From: Craspedostauros australis
Lineage: Eukaryota
NCBI GenBank assembly: GCA_030167865.1
Contig: JALAGF010000169.1
Location: 1 to 52,204 of the forward strand
Length of the DNA stretch: 52,204 nt
Direction: 5' to 3'
Part shown: in pieces, positions 25,501 to 35,761 of the stretch
How the letters are laid out: each line of letters starts with the position of its first letter
How positions within the stretch are numbered: the stretch's first letter is position 1
Notes under the pieces: generated by a model
The model's input: the letters and a program-made list of their open reading frames with translations, nothing else
Database searches by the model: none
Told to the model about the DNA's origin: nothing
Program-made: the position numbers and the translations under genes

Positions 25501-27633
25501 GGCAACAAGCGGTATGGTGACGAGTCCGCTGTCAAGGCGGAGATCCACCGTCTCAAGCAAGAGAGCGAGATCTTCGCTGGTCAAATCATCGAGCAGGATG
25601 AGGAGATCGAGGCCCTGAAGCGCGACCTGCAACTGCAGGAGAAGGACAGCGCAACGCTGCGGGCGCAGATCATGGAGCATCAGCTCAAGGACAAGAGCAG
25701 GTCCGTGGTTTCGCAAACTGAGATCGACGATCTGAACCTGCAGGTGTCCACCCGCGACAAGACCATCGCTGATCTGAATCGCACGCTCGGCGAGCTGAAG
25801 AGGACCCAGCTGTCGTCTGCTGTGCCGCACAACAACTCGATGGAGTTCGTCGAGCTGCAGGCGGAGGTCGACGAACTGCGTGAGGCAAATCGCGAAATGC
25901 GATCGGAGCTCCGTGACATCAGGCGCCAATTGTGGGACGCCAAGGAGGCTGCCGGCAAATCAGGCGACCTCAAGATCGAGCTGGAGCAGGCGAAGTACGC
26001 ACTCGAGGAGCAAAAACGCAAGGCGGCTGGAAATTCGCCCGACATCGCTCTGCAACGCGAGCTCGGCGAGGCCAAGGCCAACATGGATGCCATGAAGCAG
26101 CGGCTGTCCCAGATAGAGACCCTCGAATCGAAACTCAAGGAGAGGGATCAGACCATTGCATCGTTCGATCAGAAGACAGCGGCAGACAACGAAGCTCAGA
26201 TCCTCATCTTCCAGAACGAAATCTCCTCGCTACGAAAGAAGATCAGCGAAATGGACACCGCCAACGACAACCTCCAGAGGGCATTGAAACGGTCCGAGGC
26301 TGAGAAGGAATCCTTCGAAATCGAGCTCGCTGACGAGAACGACAAGGTGCCATCGAAGGAGCTTGACAAGCTGACGAAGGAAAAGTCGGAGTTGATGGAA
26401 TTCAACAATGAGATGAAGAACGAAATCACCGACCTGAAGGAGAAGTTGGAGAGCATGAAGGCATCGGCAACGTCCCCCGAGGAATTGGAGAGTAAGTTCG
26501 AGCAGGAGAAGCAGGATCGCGAAATTACGCACCAAAGCGTCGTCGATTCATACGAACGCCAGCTGGCGGCCGTGACGCTGAACAAGGATGTCGTCATCGA
26601 TGGGCTGCGTAAGGATCTCGCGGAGACGCGCGGCAAGAACGACGGCGAGATGGAGGAAATGATCGACCAGATGAAGGCCCTGGAAGGAGAGAATATCACG
26701 TTGCGGGAGAAGCTGGAACTGGAGCTACAGGGCAAGGACCAGCAAATCTTCGCACTCGAGCATGCCCTGCATGCGCAGGAGCAGCTTCTCGACAACGTCC
26801 GCATGGAGATGGATCAGCTCCAAAGCGGCATGGAGCATGCCACGCAAACCCGACGTGGCGAGGTGGAAGAGATGCAGAAGGAGGTGATGGAGATCGAATC
26901 ACGGGCGATGAAGCAGGAGCGTGAAATCGTCGCGCTGAAGATGCAGCTGGAGGAAGGCAAGCTCGAGCACAAGGCCGAGGTCGTCAAGTTCAAGGAGACT
27001 ATCGCCGCCCTGGAGAACGAATCGCCGTTGGTGAAGACCATGGCCGAGCTGCAGAATGACGATCGCATGCTGGAAGTGCGACAGCGGCTGGAGACGCTCA
27101 AGGGACACAACACCACGCTGAAGGAGGATAACATCCGTCTCGGAGGGCAGCTCGAGCGTGCCAGCATCGAAATCAAGCGATTGGAACTGGAGATGGAGCA
27201 CACGAAGCAGCTGGAGGAGGACTGCGCGAGGTTACAGAAGCAGGTTAAGCAGCTAGAAAAGATCCTCGCCACTGCGGCACGATCTCAGGCGAAGCTGGTG
27301 GCTAACCAAGCGGCATCACCGCCGTCGTCGTCGTCGGCATCGAAATCACGACCAAAACCGGTTGCAGACAAGGAGAACGCCTCGGCTTCCAAGAGCAACA
27401 AACAGCAACAGCAGTCGTCGTCATCGCAATACAAGAAGCAGCCATCACCTTCGCGGGAGAAGAAGAGCAAGGGCAAGGGAGGATTCGGACTTTTCAAGAG
27501 AGGAAAGAACCAGAAGAAGACCAGCGATGCTGCCATGGCTGCGCTTTCAGATGGCAGCAACAACACATCTGCGGCGACAGAATCTCCGTCGGAGTCTCTG
27601 AAGATCGGACAGATGGGCGCAATTCAAGAGTGA
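22516..27633 (+). CDS. Long coiled-coil protein of unknown family, 1705 aa, single exon
   Basis: Uninterrupted 5.1-kb ORF with GC3-rich codons. E/K/L/Q heptad pattern over most of its length, a polyQ tract and a basic low-complexity tail. Confidence 0.88.
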   Translation: MSHLSGSRSWFEGTMEVISGITPRPSTPQPHSSGNASMHGGRSMSAPNSPARPGFLPSSINRLPSQDSLDRSIHNESGHGKSTAQIIRDLKHSNSALSAKSASMEARFMNQMAEATREFQAEQKKLEDANKLKDKQLSQFEVYKTKTQEQLKERDGQLSKMKEESAFQRHTISDLKSQLYQLQSEMEEQDKAREEEYQQVVLDNKDMLREIKALQQQLREKQLQEQQQQQQQQLQEQQQQQQQQSRDLGKPPQQGSHSPDKTESTGQITANNSIDSEDSTLSKQHEVLQQLEQTQGELEDHRTRLSLAQENLRDLQTEKEELSNKHQAQLSEMESQLMSQSNHFKTRESTLLEQLQGFDTTNEDLLEMRNQVDDKDEEIATLRQDLRKLADHAADLQDELDKLRQDATNQEQYRRDEVEDLRVLHDAQEVEIDQMRKKLEDADQELEIREQELDDRDRQLLDLPKIKEAKEHLAAKVADLEAEIKEKNRELEELQEEKNHRLTSSSSSTAASTRSGNGNSNDDGDEVIASRSLDASDGDNNAFRDTDDSNSLVSKLEQELQNTKDEHVETLEALEVALNGLRLQKRDLEEDCEKFQMERDEAVATLEKELANMEQARREQEQAMAEVEELREQLNGLKGTSEIAEQMKNQLVESDTAWKAMETDVQKLQAELDAKSGIEIELHEFKARNMDLHKQMEVSKTTLSDLEAKSALQYENEIEKLKDTICDMEVAANKLKKQLREAQIALVAVDEEKLKIKSSSSESIAIMERQKRDLEQQLQLVRKERDTMKSEFDIKRAALMKQLNDQQASANRQAQDAKKVDKLIEETVERLKAENDLKLRVMKDKLKDRETTISALVKSSLPLEDKIVDLESQVETLKHNEQIKRDETNVAKQKAARMAEDVVTVKRQLDAAKADAGRWKRAVREDSSSSTRDYRYRIAKLEKDIYDSTEKLSERDSAIDNLVNQSMSQDGQIKTLKSKVQKLQKEVEIHRSAVAGNKRYGDESAVKAEIHRLKQESEIFAGQIIEQDEEIEALKRDLQLQEKDSATLRAQIMEHQLKDKSRSVVSQTEIDDLNLQVSTRDKTIADLNRTLGELKRTQLSSAVPHNNSMEFVELQAEVDELREANREMRSELRDIRRQLWDAKEAAGKSGDLKIELEQAKYALEEQKRKAAGNSPDIALQRELGEAKANMDAMKQRLSQIETLESKLKERDQTIASFDQKTAADNEAQILIFQNEISSLRKKISEMDTANDNLQRALKRSEAEKESFEIELADENDKVPSKELDKLTKEKSELMEFNNEMKNEITDLKEKLESMKASATSPEELESKFEQEKQDREITHQSVVDSYERQLAAVTLNKDVVIDGLRKDLAETRGKNDGEMEEMIDQMKALEGENITLREKLELELQGKDQQIFALEHALHAQEQLLDNVRMEMDQLQSGMEHATQTRRGEVEEMQKEVMEIESRAMKQEREIVALKMQLEEGKLEHKAEVVKFKETIAALENESPLVKTMAELQNDDRMLEVRQRLETLKGHNTTLKEDNIRLGGQLERASIEIKRLELEMEHTKQLEEDCARLQKQVKQLEKILATAARSQAKLVANQAASPPSSSSASKSRPKPVADKENASASKSNKQQQQSSSSQYKKQPSPSREKKSKGKGGFGLFKRGKNQKKTSDAAMAALSDGSNNTSAATESPSESLKIGQMGAIQE

Positions 27634-28052
27634 AGCAGTCCGAAGGGGGACGATGGGCCAAAACATAGCAAACTCACGCACACACACACACATATATAGA
27701 AGGAGATGCGAATACGTGGCGAGAAGGAGGAGGGCGTGATGCAGCAACAATGGCAATGGCAACAACGCAGAGCGAATTAAATGACAGTACAGTTAATGTA
27801 TCCATACAAATACAGGAGTGAGAAAGTGCTATTTTTTGTCAACATTTCGCTGCACGGAGATGCATCCTTCAGTGTTTTTAGCTCAGCAGTTGGCGAGGCT
27901 TGTGAGTGTGTCCAGGTACGAGACATGAGTACATGTACGAGTATGCGCGAGGAGTGGGGCATTGGCACCTGTGTGCAATTGTAAGTAATAGCCAGCAGAT
28001 GATGATGGTAGAGTAGGTACATTTGTGCGTACTTCTAATAAAGCTCGCCCCG

Positions 28053-30831
28053 CTACGTCATGTTGTTGGATTCGGACATGCGGCTCATCCGCCTGAAGAT
28101 CAAGGGGTACGTCTGGCTCAGACTCTGCGGATGCTCGGCGAAGCTCACGTAAACAGCCTTGATGCCCGCACGCAACGGCTCCATGACGGTGAATATCAGC
28201 GAGTAGCACAGTATGAAGGCGAGCAGCATGTCCATGGCCACGACCGTATCACCCGTGTTCGGCGACGATTTGTTCCTGTGGTGGATGAGGATGATGCCCG
28301 TGAAGATGACTATCATGCCCGATATGCTCCCGCCGACACACGAACTCATGTGCGTGGATATGTCTTCATCGATGAGTGGTTCCACGCCTGTTCGAATGCA
28401 TTGTGGCAGATGCGGTAGGCAGAATCGACAGAGCAGATAATGGTTTACGGGTTCACGCGTTGCAGAGTACAAGCCCGACGGTATGAATAGAGAAGCAATG
28501 CGTGAGTTTGTGAGTGTTCTGCCGTTGCGAAACTCATGATCAGTCGCTCCTGCGGTGCCATGGAGTGATGTGCATGCAGAGTAGAGTAGAACAGTTATGC
28601 ATGTCAAATGAAGGCTTTCCCGCCTGCCAAAGCGTGACGACAGTGAGATCCACAGCACCAACAGAGACAGAAATGAACGGATGGGATCCTTCCTCACCTG
28701 ATTCCTCCACCAGTTGTGCAACGTCCCGAGCGGCGCGCCTATAACCCTTCTGGTAGGCAGCGACGTGGCACATGGCAAGATCAGAATTGTCTCGCACGAA
28801 GTCTCTCGCCCACAGATTCAATTTCTCACACAATTGCGACAACATGCCGACTTCGGATGCGTCCGGCATGCCGATGTCCATGCCCCGGAAACCGCTCAAC
28901 GTTTGCCGGGCATGGTCGACCTTGCGTATCTGGCTCCAAATCATTTGCGCCACACCTCCCAGCAAGCCGCATTGAGACACCGACCCGAAGGAGACGGTGA
29001 GACCGGAAACAACAAGGTTCTTGACCGTCGATCTGTGTGCTGCCGATGTTGAAGTGGACGTTGCGGGGGTAGCATTGCGCGCAGACCTAGGGCCGTAGAA
29101 GTTTGCAAATGTTTCCTCCTCCTCATCTTCAAAATCATCGTCCATGCCCTCGTCCATATCCACTGCTGGCTTGTACGCTGATGCATCGGCCGATCGGTAC
29201 GCTTCTGGCATTGCTCCCATGACGTCTCCATCCGTTACGTCAGAACTGAAGTCGATGGTTTCCACTCCATCCGCCGCGGATGGCGCACCCCCTGCACTTC
29301 CTCCACGCGATGACGATGATTGATGTTGTTGCTGCTGCTGCTGTTGTTGTCCATTGTTGACGTTGATCTGCCTACTTGCTTCTGCGAAGAGCTCGTTCTG
29401 CTGCGCGAACCAATTGCTGACCCCTCCGGACACGACGAGACTGAGCAAACGAGCCACGACACCCGTCGCCCATTTCCCTCCGATGAGGGCCATCAGCACA
29501 AGCATGGTGGAGCTGGAACGGATCGCACCAAGGATGGCAAGTCTCCAGATGTAAATGACGACGAACTGGATGAGCACCATCCCCAACACGAAGCGGTGAA
29601 AGCTTGATCGTCGCAGGGATCGCGATATGATATCCAACGTCATGCACGATAGGGCCTGGAAGAAGGCTTGTCGTCCACCGGGCGTCGTCGAGGTGCGCTT
29701 CCACCGTCGGAACAGGTACACATCCCTTGCCAGGTACCATATGGGAATGAGGACGAGATGGAAGGCGCCTGGGATCATCCACAGCATGATGAGGATCAAG
29801 GCAAGGTAGACGCTTGCGCTCATGGGGCCGCTGATGAGGAGGACTTGGGATGCCAGATGGCGCGCATCGTCGCCATCGCCGCCTCCCATCGATCTGTAGA
29901 GCAGCCGGCACAGGACGAGGGTGGCCAGCAAGCCCCAGAAGAGCGTGTGGGTGATTGCCAATCGCGGTGACGCTGCGGTGGCGAGCCAGCCATCCGAGTC
30001 GACTATCCGCGGCGATGCGAATATGGGAACAATGAGGCTGAGTGGCACGAAGATGCAGAATGCGACCACCCACCGCACATCACGTGGGTACCGCCGCTGC
30101 GATGGTGTCATGCGGGTCATTCCACGGGAATATCCGTTCGTCGCACCACCAACAGCCGAGTATGCCCCACCGGCGGCACCGTTAGGTGCGTTGCTGCGCT
30201 GAAGCTGATCGCTGGATATGCGATGCATCGTCCCAGTGAACTGACCGTCATCACTGGCACCATCATCACTGTGGGCGGCGTTGGCGTTGGCGTTGCTGTT
30301 GATGTCAGTGTTGATGTCAGTGTTGATGTTGGCGTCGTTGGAGTGCTGGATCGCTCCACCTTCCACATCCTCATCGACTGGCACGGTGGCCAAGGGCCCA
30401 TCTTCGAGGGACTGGGGACGCAGGTCGTCAAATCTCTGCTGCCCCTGCTGCTTCTCCTCCCCTTCGTCAATGGTCTGGATGGAAGGCATCTGCAAGGACG
30501 CCATGGGATTCGTCAAGGCGCTCCCAACCACCACGTTGCGCTTCACCTCCGGCGTCTCTGCGATGTCATGCGCCTCCGCCAGATCCAACGTCATGTCCGC
30601 AAAGAAAGGAGCGGCATGCTCCTCCTCCGACGGATGGACCTGGTTCGGTGTGCCCATGGGGTCGAAGCCACCTGCCACGCCTGTTTGCTGCGCAGGCGTG
30701 GTATCATTGCTGGTACTGTTGGCATTGACTACAGCTCCGTTGGTGGAGCCGCTGAGTGCACTGGCTGCTGCTGTTGCAGCCGCAGCTGCTGCTGCCCCTG
30801 ATGGTGCATCGACAGCGTTGTTCGGATTCAT
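28053..30831 (-). CDS. Choline-transporter-like (SLC44/CTL/PNS1 family) membrane protein, ~822 aa. Exons 30831-28698 and 28387-28053.
   Basis: Many hydrophobic helices and family-like motifs (RYPRDVRW, VSNWF, LTVSFGSVSQCGLL, VAAYQKGYRRAARD, AVYVSFAEHP). Phase-1 intron GTGAGG..CAG 28697-28388. Confidence 0.72.
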
Positions 30832-31400
30832 CGTTGCCGTTGTACTCGTATTGTGCCAAAGCGGAGTGGAGGATCCAAAGTTGCGGATGTTGGCATGACC
30901 GTGGCGACCGTGTCTCTCCGCATCTTGCACCAGAGTCCTGGTGCTTTTCGCTTGCTACCTCATTGTCGTCTGTCTCCCCCAGGTGCGCGATGTCGTGCTT
31001 GTTTTGATTTGGTTCCGTACGACTGACCTCTTCGACTGATGATCCATCGATCCATTCGACTGTGTCAAGTTGACAACAATTAAATATGTTATATTATATA
31101 TTACCGCAAATACAGTAAACGAACATGTGAGATATCGACAGGTTGTCCGCTGTCATCACACGACTCCTCGTGGTTTCGCACTCGTGAGTGACCCATCAAG
31201 AATTCCCAAACAACAACCACAGAAACAAGTTCGATCTGGGGAGGCCAAACACGATCAGCCACATCACACCGCCCGGCTCCATTTCGGCCTCCTCGTACTG
31301 GGACACCACAACATCACGAGGTCGTGCTCATACTCGTACGACTACTCCTGTTCCAACCCCAACTCCATCTGCAGCATCCCACCAGGGCTCCCCGAAGCAA

Positions 31401-32600
31401 ATGCCTCACATCTACCGCTCTTGGTTATTGCGATTGTCGCTGCTCCTCCTGCTCCAACGCACAGCCAGAGGCTTCATCTCCCGCCGAACAGCGATCGAAC
31501 AAGCCAGCTCGTTGGTGCTCTCCGGAGGATACACAGCGGACGTCAGCATGAGCCAGAACTTCTACAACCGCGAGAGATCGCAGAAGGGCGACTACTCCGG
31601 GAAGGTCATCAAGGAGGCCAAGATCATCGCGTTGGCCGACCCGAAAGACCCCGACAACCAGCCTCTCTACAAGGAGCCTCTGCCGGATGGTGCCAAGGTG
31701 GTCGCCGTGGGGTGTTCGATGAATGACTTCGACATCGCTACTCTCCAGTTCCTCCGGCCCAACGTCATCTTCGTCAGCCATCCCAATGCGCGCGATCTGT
31801 TGGCCGAGTTGCTCGGCGCTTTGCCGACGGTGGAATGGGTCCAAACCCGCAGCGCCGGGGTGGACTTCATCACGTCGCAAGGGCTGGCGCAGAGCTCCGT
31901 GACGCTGACCAACGCGAAGGGCATGTACAGCAGCACGTTGGCGGAGTACACCATGATGGCGTGCAGCTACTTCGCCAAGGATCTGCCGCGGTTGCTGCGA
32001 CAAAAGTCGGCCAAGAATTGGGAGAAGTACAACGTCCTGGAGCTGCGCGGCGCCACGATGGGCATCATCGGCTACGGCGACATCGGCCGTGCCTGCGCCA
32101 TCCTGGCCAAGGCGTACGGCATGAAGGTGGTGGCGTTGCGTCGCAAGCCCAAGCTCAGCATGTTCGATCCCTACTGTGACCAGGTCTACGGAAACGAGGA
32201 CATCAGCAAGCTGATGGAGGAGAGCGATTACGTCGTCGTTGCGGCTCCGCTGACGGAAGCAACGAAGGGCCTCGTAAGCCGCGACGTGCTGAGCCACGCC
32301 AAGAAGGATGCCGTGATCATCAACGTGGGACGCGGCCCGATCATTGACGAGGCCGCGCTGATCGATGCCCTGCAATCCGGGTCGCTGAAAGGGGCTGGAT
32401 TGGATGTGACGGCCATTGAGCCGCTTCCGGCCGATAGTCCGCTGTGGGAACTGGATAATGTTCTGCTCAGCCCGCACAGCATGGACAACACGGCGACATT
32501 CGAGCTCGAATCGACCGAATTCTTCGTCAACGAGAACCTCCCGAGGTTCGTCCGTGGGATGGACTTGCTCAACCCTGTCGACAAATCTGCAGGGTACTGA
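31401..32600 (+). CDS. D-isomer-specific 2-hydroxyacid dehydrogenase, copy 1 (399 aa), with a predicted bipartite plastid presequence
   Basis: Rossmann motif GYGDIG and catalytic R/E/H motifs (INVGRG, EPLP, SPH). N-terminus MPHIYRSWLLRLSLLLLLQRTARG|FIS has a hydrophobic signal followed by Phe. Confidence 0.9.
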   Translation: MPHIYRSWLLRLSLLLLLQRTARGFISRRTAIEQASSLVLSGGYTADVSMSQNFYNRERSQKGDYSGKVIKEAKIIALADPKDPDNQPLYKEPLPDGAKVVAVGCSMNDFDIATLQFLRPNVIFVSHPNARDLLAELLGALPTVEWVQTRSAGVDFITSQGLAQSSVTLTNAKGMYSSTLAEYTMMACSYFAKDLPRLLRQKSAKNWEKYNVLELRGATMGIIGYGDIGRACAILAKAYGMKVVALRRKPKLSMFDPYCDQVYGNEDISKLMEESDYVVVAAPLTEATKGLVSRDVLSHAKKDAVIINVGRGPIIDEAALIDALQSGSLKGAGLDVTAIEPLPADSPLWELDNVLLSPHSMDNTATFELESTEFFVNENLPRFVRGMDLLNPVDKSAGY

Positions 32601-32732
32601 CGGAGCTGGTAGCAAGGGCGCGACTATACATAGAGCATGGAACATGGAAAGTGTTGGGCAGTATAGGAGAACCAGCCACAGGCATCTACTCTTCCAAACA
32701 CTGGTCAATGCGCGAGTTGCATAACACCACTC

Positions 32733-32750
32733 CTCTCTCTCTCTCTCTCT
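32733..32750. repeat. (CT)9 microsatellite between the two dehydrogenase paralogues
   Basis: Read directly. Confidence 0.93.
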
Positions 32751-33081
32751 GTCGACTTTGGTGCAGCTATTATAATATTGACAACATTCAATATCGTCAT
32801 ATAACATATATATTGACTCGTCCAAGAGTGCGATGCATGCATTGAAGTATGAAAGGCAGGTAGAGTCTCTCCCAAGCGTGGTGCTGCTCCCAGAATGGCA
32901 CTGGACTCCCAGTTTGATGTCCAAGTTGCATGCACGTACGCACGACAGACATACGCAGGTGCACACTCCGCTGGTCTGTGAGGTTTCTCGACTGTTCCCA
33001 CCATTTTCCTGTTCAGATCGCGATTTTCCCAACGATGCGTTGTTTCGGGGAACTCACAAAACGCAAAAGCGGCACTCCACG

Positions 33082-34338
33082 ATGCAACAAGGAAGAGTTG
33101 GTTCGTTGGCACTGCGCTTGTCCAAGACAGCAACAAGCAAAGTCTCGCCACAACAGCGATCGTTTGCACAGCTACGTGGTTCGCCATTGCTCACAAGGAG
33201 CAACGTGCACCTCCAGCGCTGGAATCCTCTTACGAGCACCGCAAGAAACAACAACAACAACAACAACAACAACAGCACCACCATGACGAAGCAGAACTTC
33301 GCGACAAACGATGCACCGCAGCAAGGCGCATCCACCACGAATGTCGTGCGGGAGGCCAGGATCATCGCGTTGACGGATCCCGCCGATACAGACGATCTGG
33401 AGCTGCGCGAGGGACCGCTTCCGGACGGCGCCACGCTGCTCGTCGACGGCGCGTCGATGGAGGATTTTGATCTGGCCAAGCTGAAGATGCTGGAACCCAA
33501 CGTGATCTTCGTGAGCCATCCGACGCCGGACAAGATGCTGGCGGAGCTGCTGCGATCGCTGCCGTCGTTGGAATGGATCAACCTGCGATGCGTGGGCATC
33601 AGTCACATCATGTCGCCGGAGCTGCAGCAGACCGACGCGGTGCTGACCAACGCCAAGGGCCTGGCCAGCGCCGCGCTGTCGGAATTCGCCTTGCTGGCGT
33701 GCGGTCACTTCGCGAAGAACGTGCCGCGGTTGATGCGGCAGAAGGATGACAAGAACTGGGAGAAGTTCCCCGACTGCCAGTTGCGCGGCGCCACGATGGG
33801 CATCGTCGGATACGGTGGCATCGGGCGCGCCTGTGCCGGTTTGGCCAAGGCGTACGGCATGCGGGTGGTGGCGTTGCGTCGGCGACCGGAGCTGAGCGCG
33901 GATGATCCCCTTTGCGATGCGATGTACAGCAACAAGGACGTTGCCGAAGTGGTGCGCCAGAGCGATTACGTGGTGATTTCGGCGCCGTTGACTGCCGAGA
34001 CGGAAGGGCTGGTGAGCCGCGAGGTGCTAGGGCAGGCCAAGAAGGATGCCGTGATCATCAACGTGGGGCGTGGTCAGATCATCGACGAGGAGGCGTTGAT
34101 CGATGCGCTGCGCGATGGGTCGCTGAAGGGCGCCGCCCTCGACGTGACGAACATCGAGCCGCTGCCGGCGGAGAGTCCTTTGTGGTCGCTGGACAACGTG
34201 CTGCTGAGCCCCCACAACATCGACAAGCCAGGATCGGTGCAGCTTCAGACCACGAAGTTCTTCTTGAATGATCAGTTGCCAAGGTTCATATCTGGATCGC
34301 AGGTAACCAACGTTGTCGACATTGCGACCGGCTACTGA
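33082..34338 (+). CDS. D-isomer-specific 2-hydroxyacid dehydrogenase, copy 2 (~418 aa), with a mitochondrial-type presequence
   Basis: GYGGIG, INVGRG, EPLP and SPH motifs; clear tandem paralogue of copy 1. The N-terminus MQQGRVGSLALRLSKTATSKVSPQQRSFAQLRGS is R/K/S/L-rich with no acidic residues. Start codon inferred. Confidence 0.87.
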   Translation: MQQGRVGSLALRLSKTATSKVSPQQRSFAQLRGSPLLTRSNVHLQRWNPLTSTARNNNNNNNNNSTTMTKQNFATNDAPQQGASTTNVVREARIIALTDPADTDDLELREGPLPDGATLLVDGASMEDFDLAKLKMLEPNVIFVSHPTPDKMLAELLRSLPSLEWINLRCVGISHIMSPELQQTDAVLTNAKGLASAALSEFALLACGHFAKNVPRLMRQKDDKNWEKFPDCQLRGATMGIVGYGGIGRACAGLAKAYGMRVVALRRRPELSADDPLCDAMYSNKDVAEVVRQSDYVVISAPLTAETEGLVSREVLGQAKKDAVIINVGRGQIIDEEALIDALRDGSLKGAALDVTNIEPLPAESPLWSLDNVLLSPHNIDKPGSVQLQTTKFFLNDQLPRFISGSQVTNVVDIATGY

Positions 34339-35761
34339 TGGTGCTGTTGGCATCGGCGCAATCGACTTTGAGTAGATTCACGTTCTCTCTGGAGTGTACT
34401 GTCATATAGTTAGTTACTGTAGAGCATGCAAGCTTTCTAACACAGTGCGACAGAGTCCTAATATTAGCATGGTATTGTTAGATGATCGTGCAGGGTCCTC
34501 ATACTCTCTCGTGTCCATACGACTAGTTCGTACTCTCTCTGTCTGTCTCTCTGGCTGTCTCTAGCTCATACCAATAGGCTGCAGATTTGGCGCAAAGATC
34601 CCAAAGTGGTTCTCCTTCCTCGTCACGAATTGGATCGAGATGATTGATTGGTGGAGACATGTTCGTCTTTGTGTGCTTGGTTTTGGAAGTGGAAAAAATG
34701 GAAAAGACGGCAGAGCGGGACACGCTTGTTGGCTTCGTTCGGAATGGAAAGACACATCGACATCGCCATGTTGATGTGTCATTGGCGTTTGTGATTTGGT
34801 GCAGGACGTCATGCAGAACACTTTGAGCAGTTATGGGAACATCAACGTCACCGAAGTTGCGCGACGACGACATGTGGCCACGAGTTTGTCCGAAAGTGTG
34901 GTTCGGAAATGACTCCACGTACGTACGAGCGATGGTCGACCAATACGACACGAAAGGCTCAAATACAAACGTGAATGGCACGCACGTGAAGGCCACACGA
35001 CGCGACGCGGCGCAGCACGGGTGTTGGTCGTGGGTGGAGGAGGTGTGGTGGAAAGAGGGACGAATCTCCTGTTTGCCGACGGGACGACGAACAAACCAAG
35101 CGAACGGTTTCTCTGAAGCCTTTGCTTTTGGTTTGATTGTTTTGTGTTTGGTTTTGGTCGATGTTGGTGATTGTTGGTTGTGGTGAGATGCAGCTGTCGC
35201 ACCTGGTTCTTCCAGTAACCGCAGAATGTTGCAGCTTGTCGCAGCTTGCTGTATTGCGTTTCGATTGGTGGCACCTGTTGCATGTCGCACAAGCGAACGG
35301 AGGAACATCCACAATCCATCACGGAGCTTGACAGAGCCTTGATGGAGCTTCACGTACTTTCCACTCACGTCACATCCTCGCCACACCTCACCACATCTTC
35401 CCACATCTTACTGAGAGTACCACACGCGCACACTCACGCACATAGCAAACAGAGATCCTGTATCCGTACATCATCTCCGGAGTACGCAGACATCACATCA
35501 CAATCAGGCACATACCGACTTGGCATCTTTTGCGCTCTCGATCATTGAGTCGCCTCATCACACAACTTTTAGTTCTTCTTTCATCTCATCTCAACTCGGC
35601 TTGTCTCAACTCATCTCATCTCAACTGAGAACAGACCAACACCAGGCATAGCACAACGCATAGCACAACACATTAGCAACCATCGAATCTCCTTCCATCT
35701 CAATCCATCTCCTTCGCTGCATCTTCTGCATCACAGTCATCGCAACCATTTGTGAAGAGCA

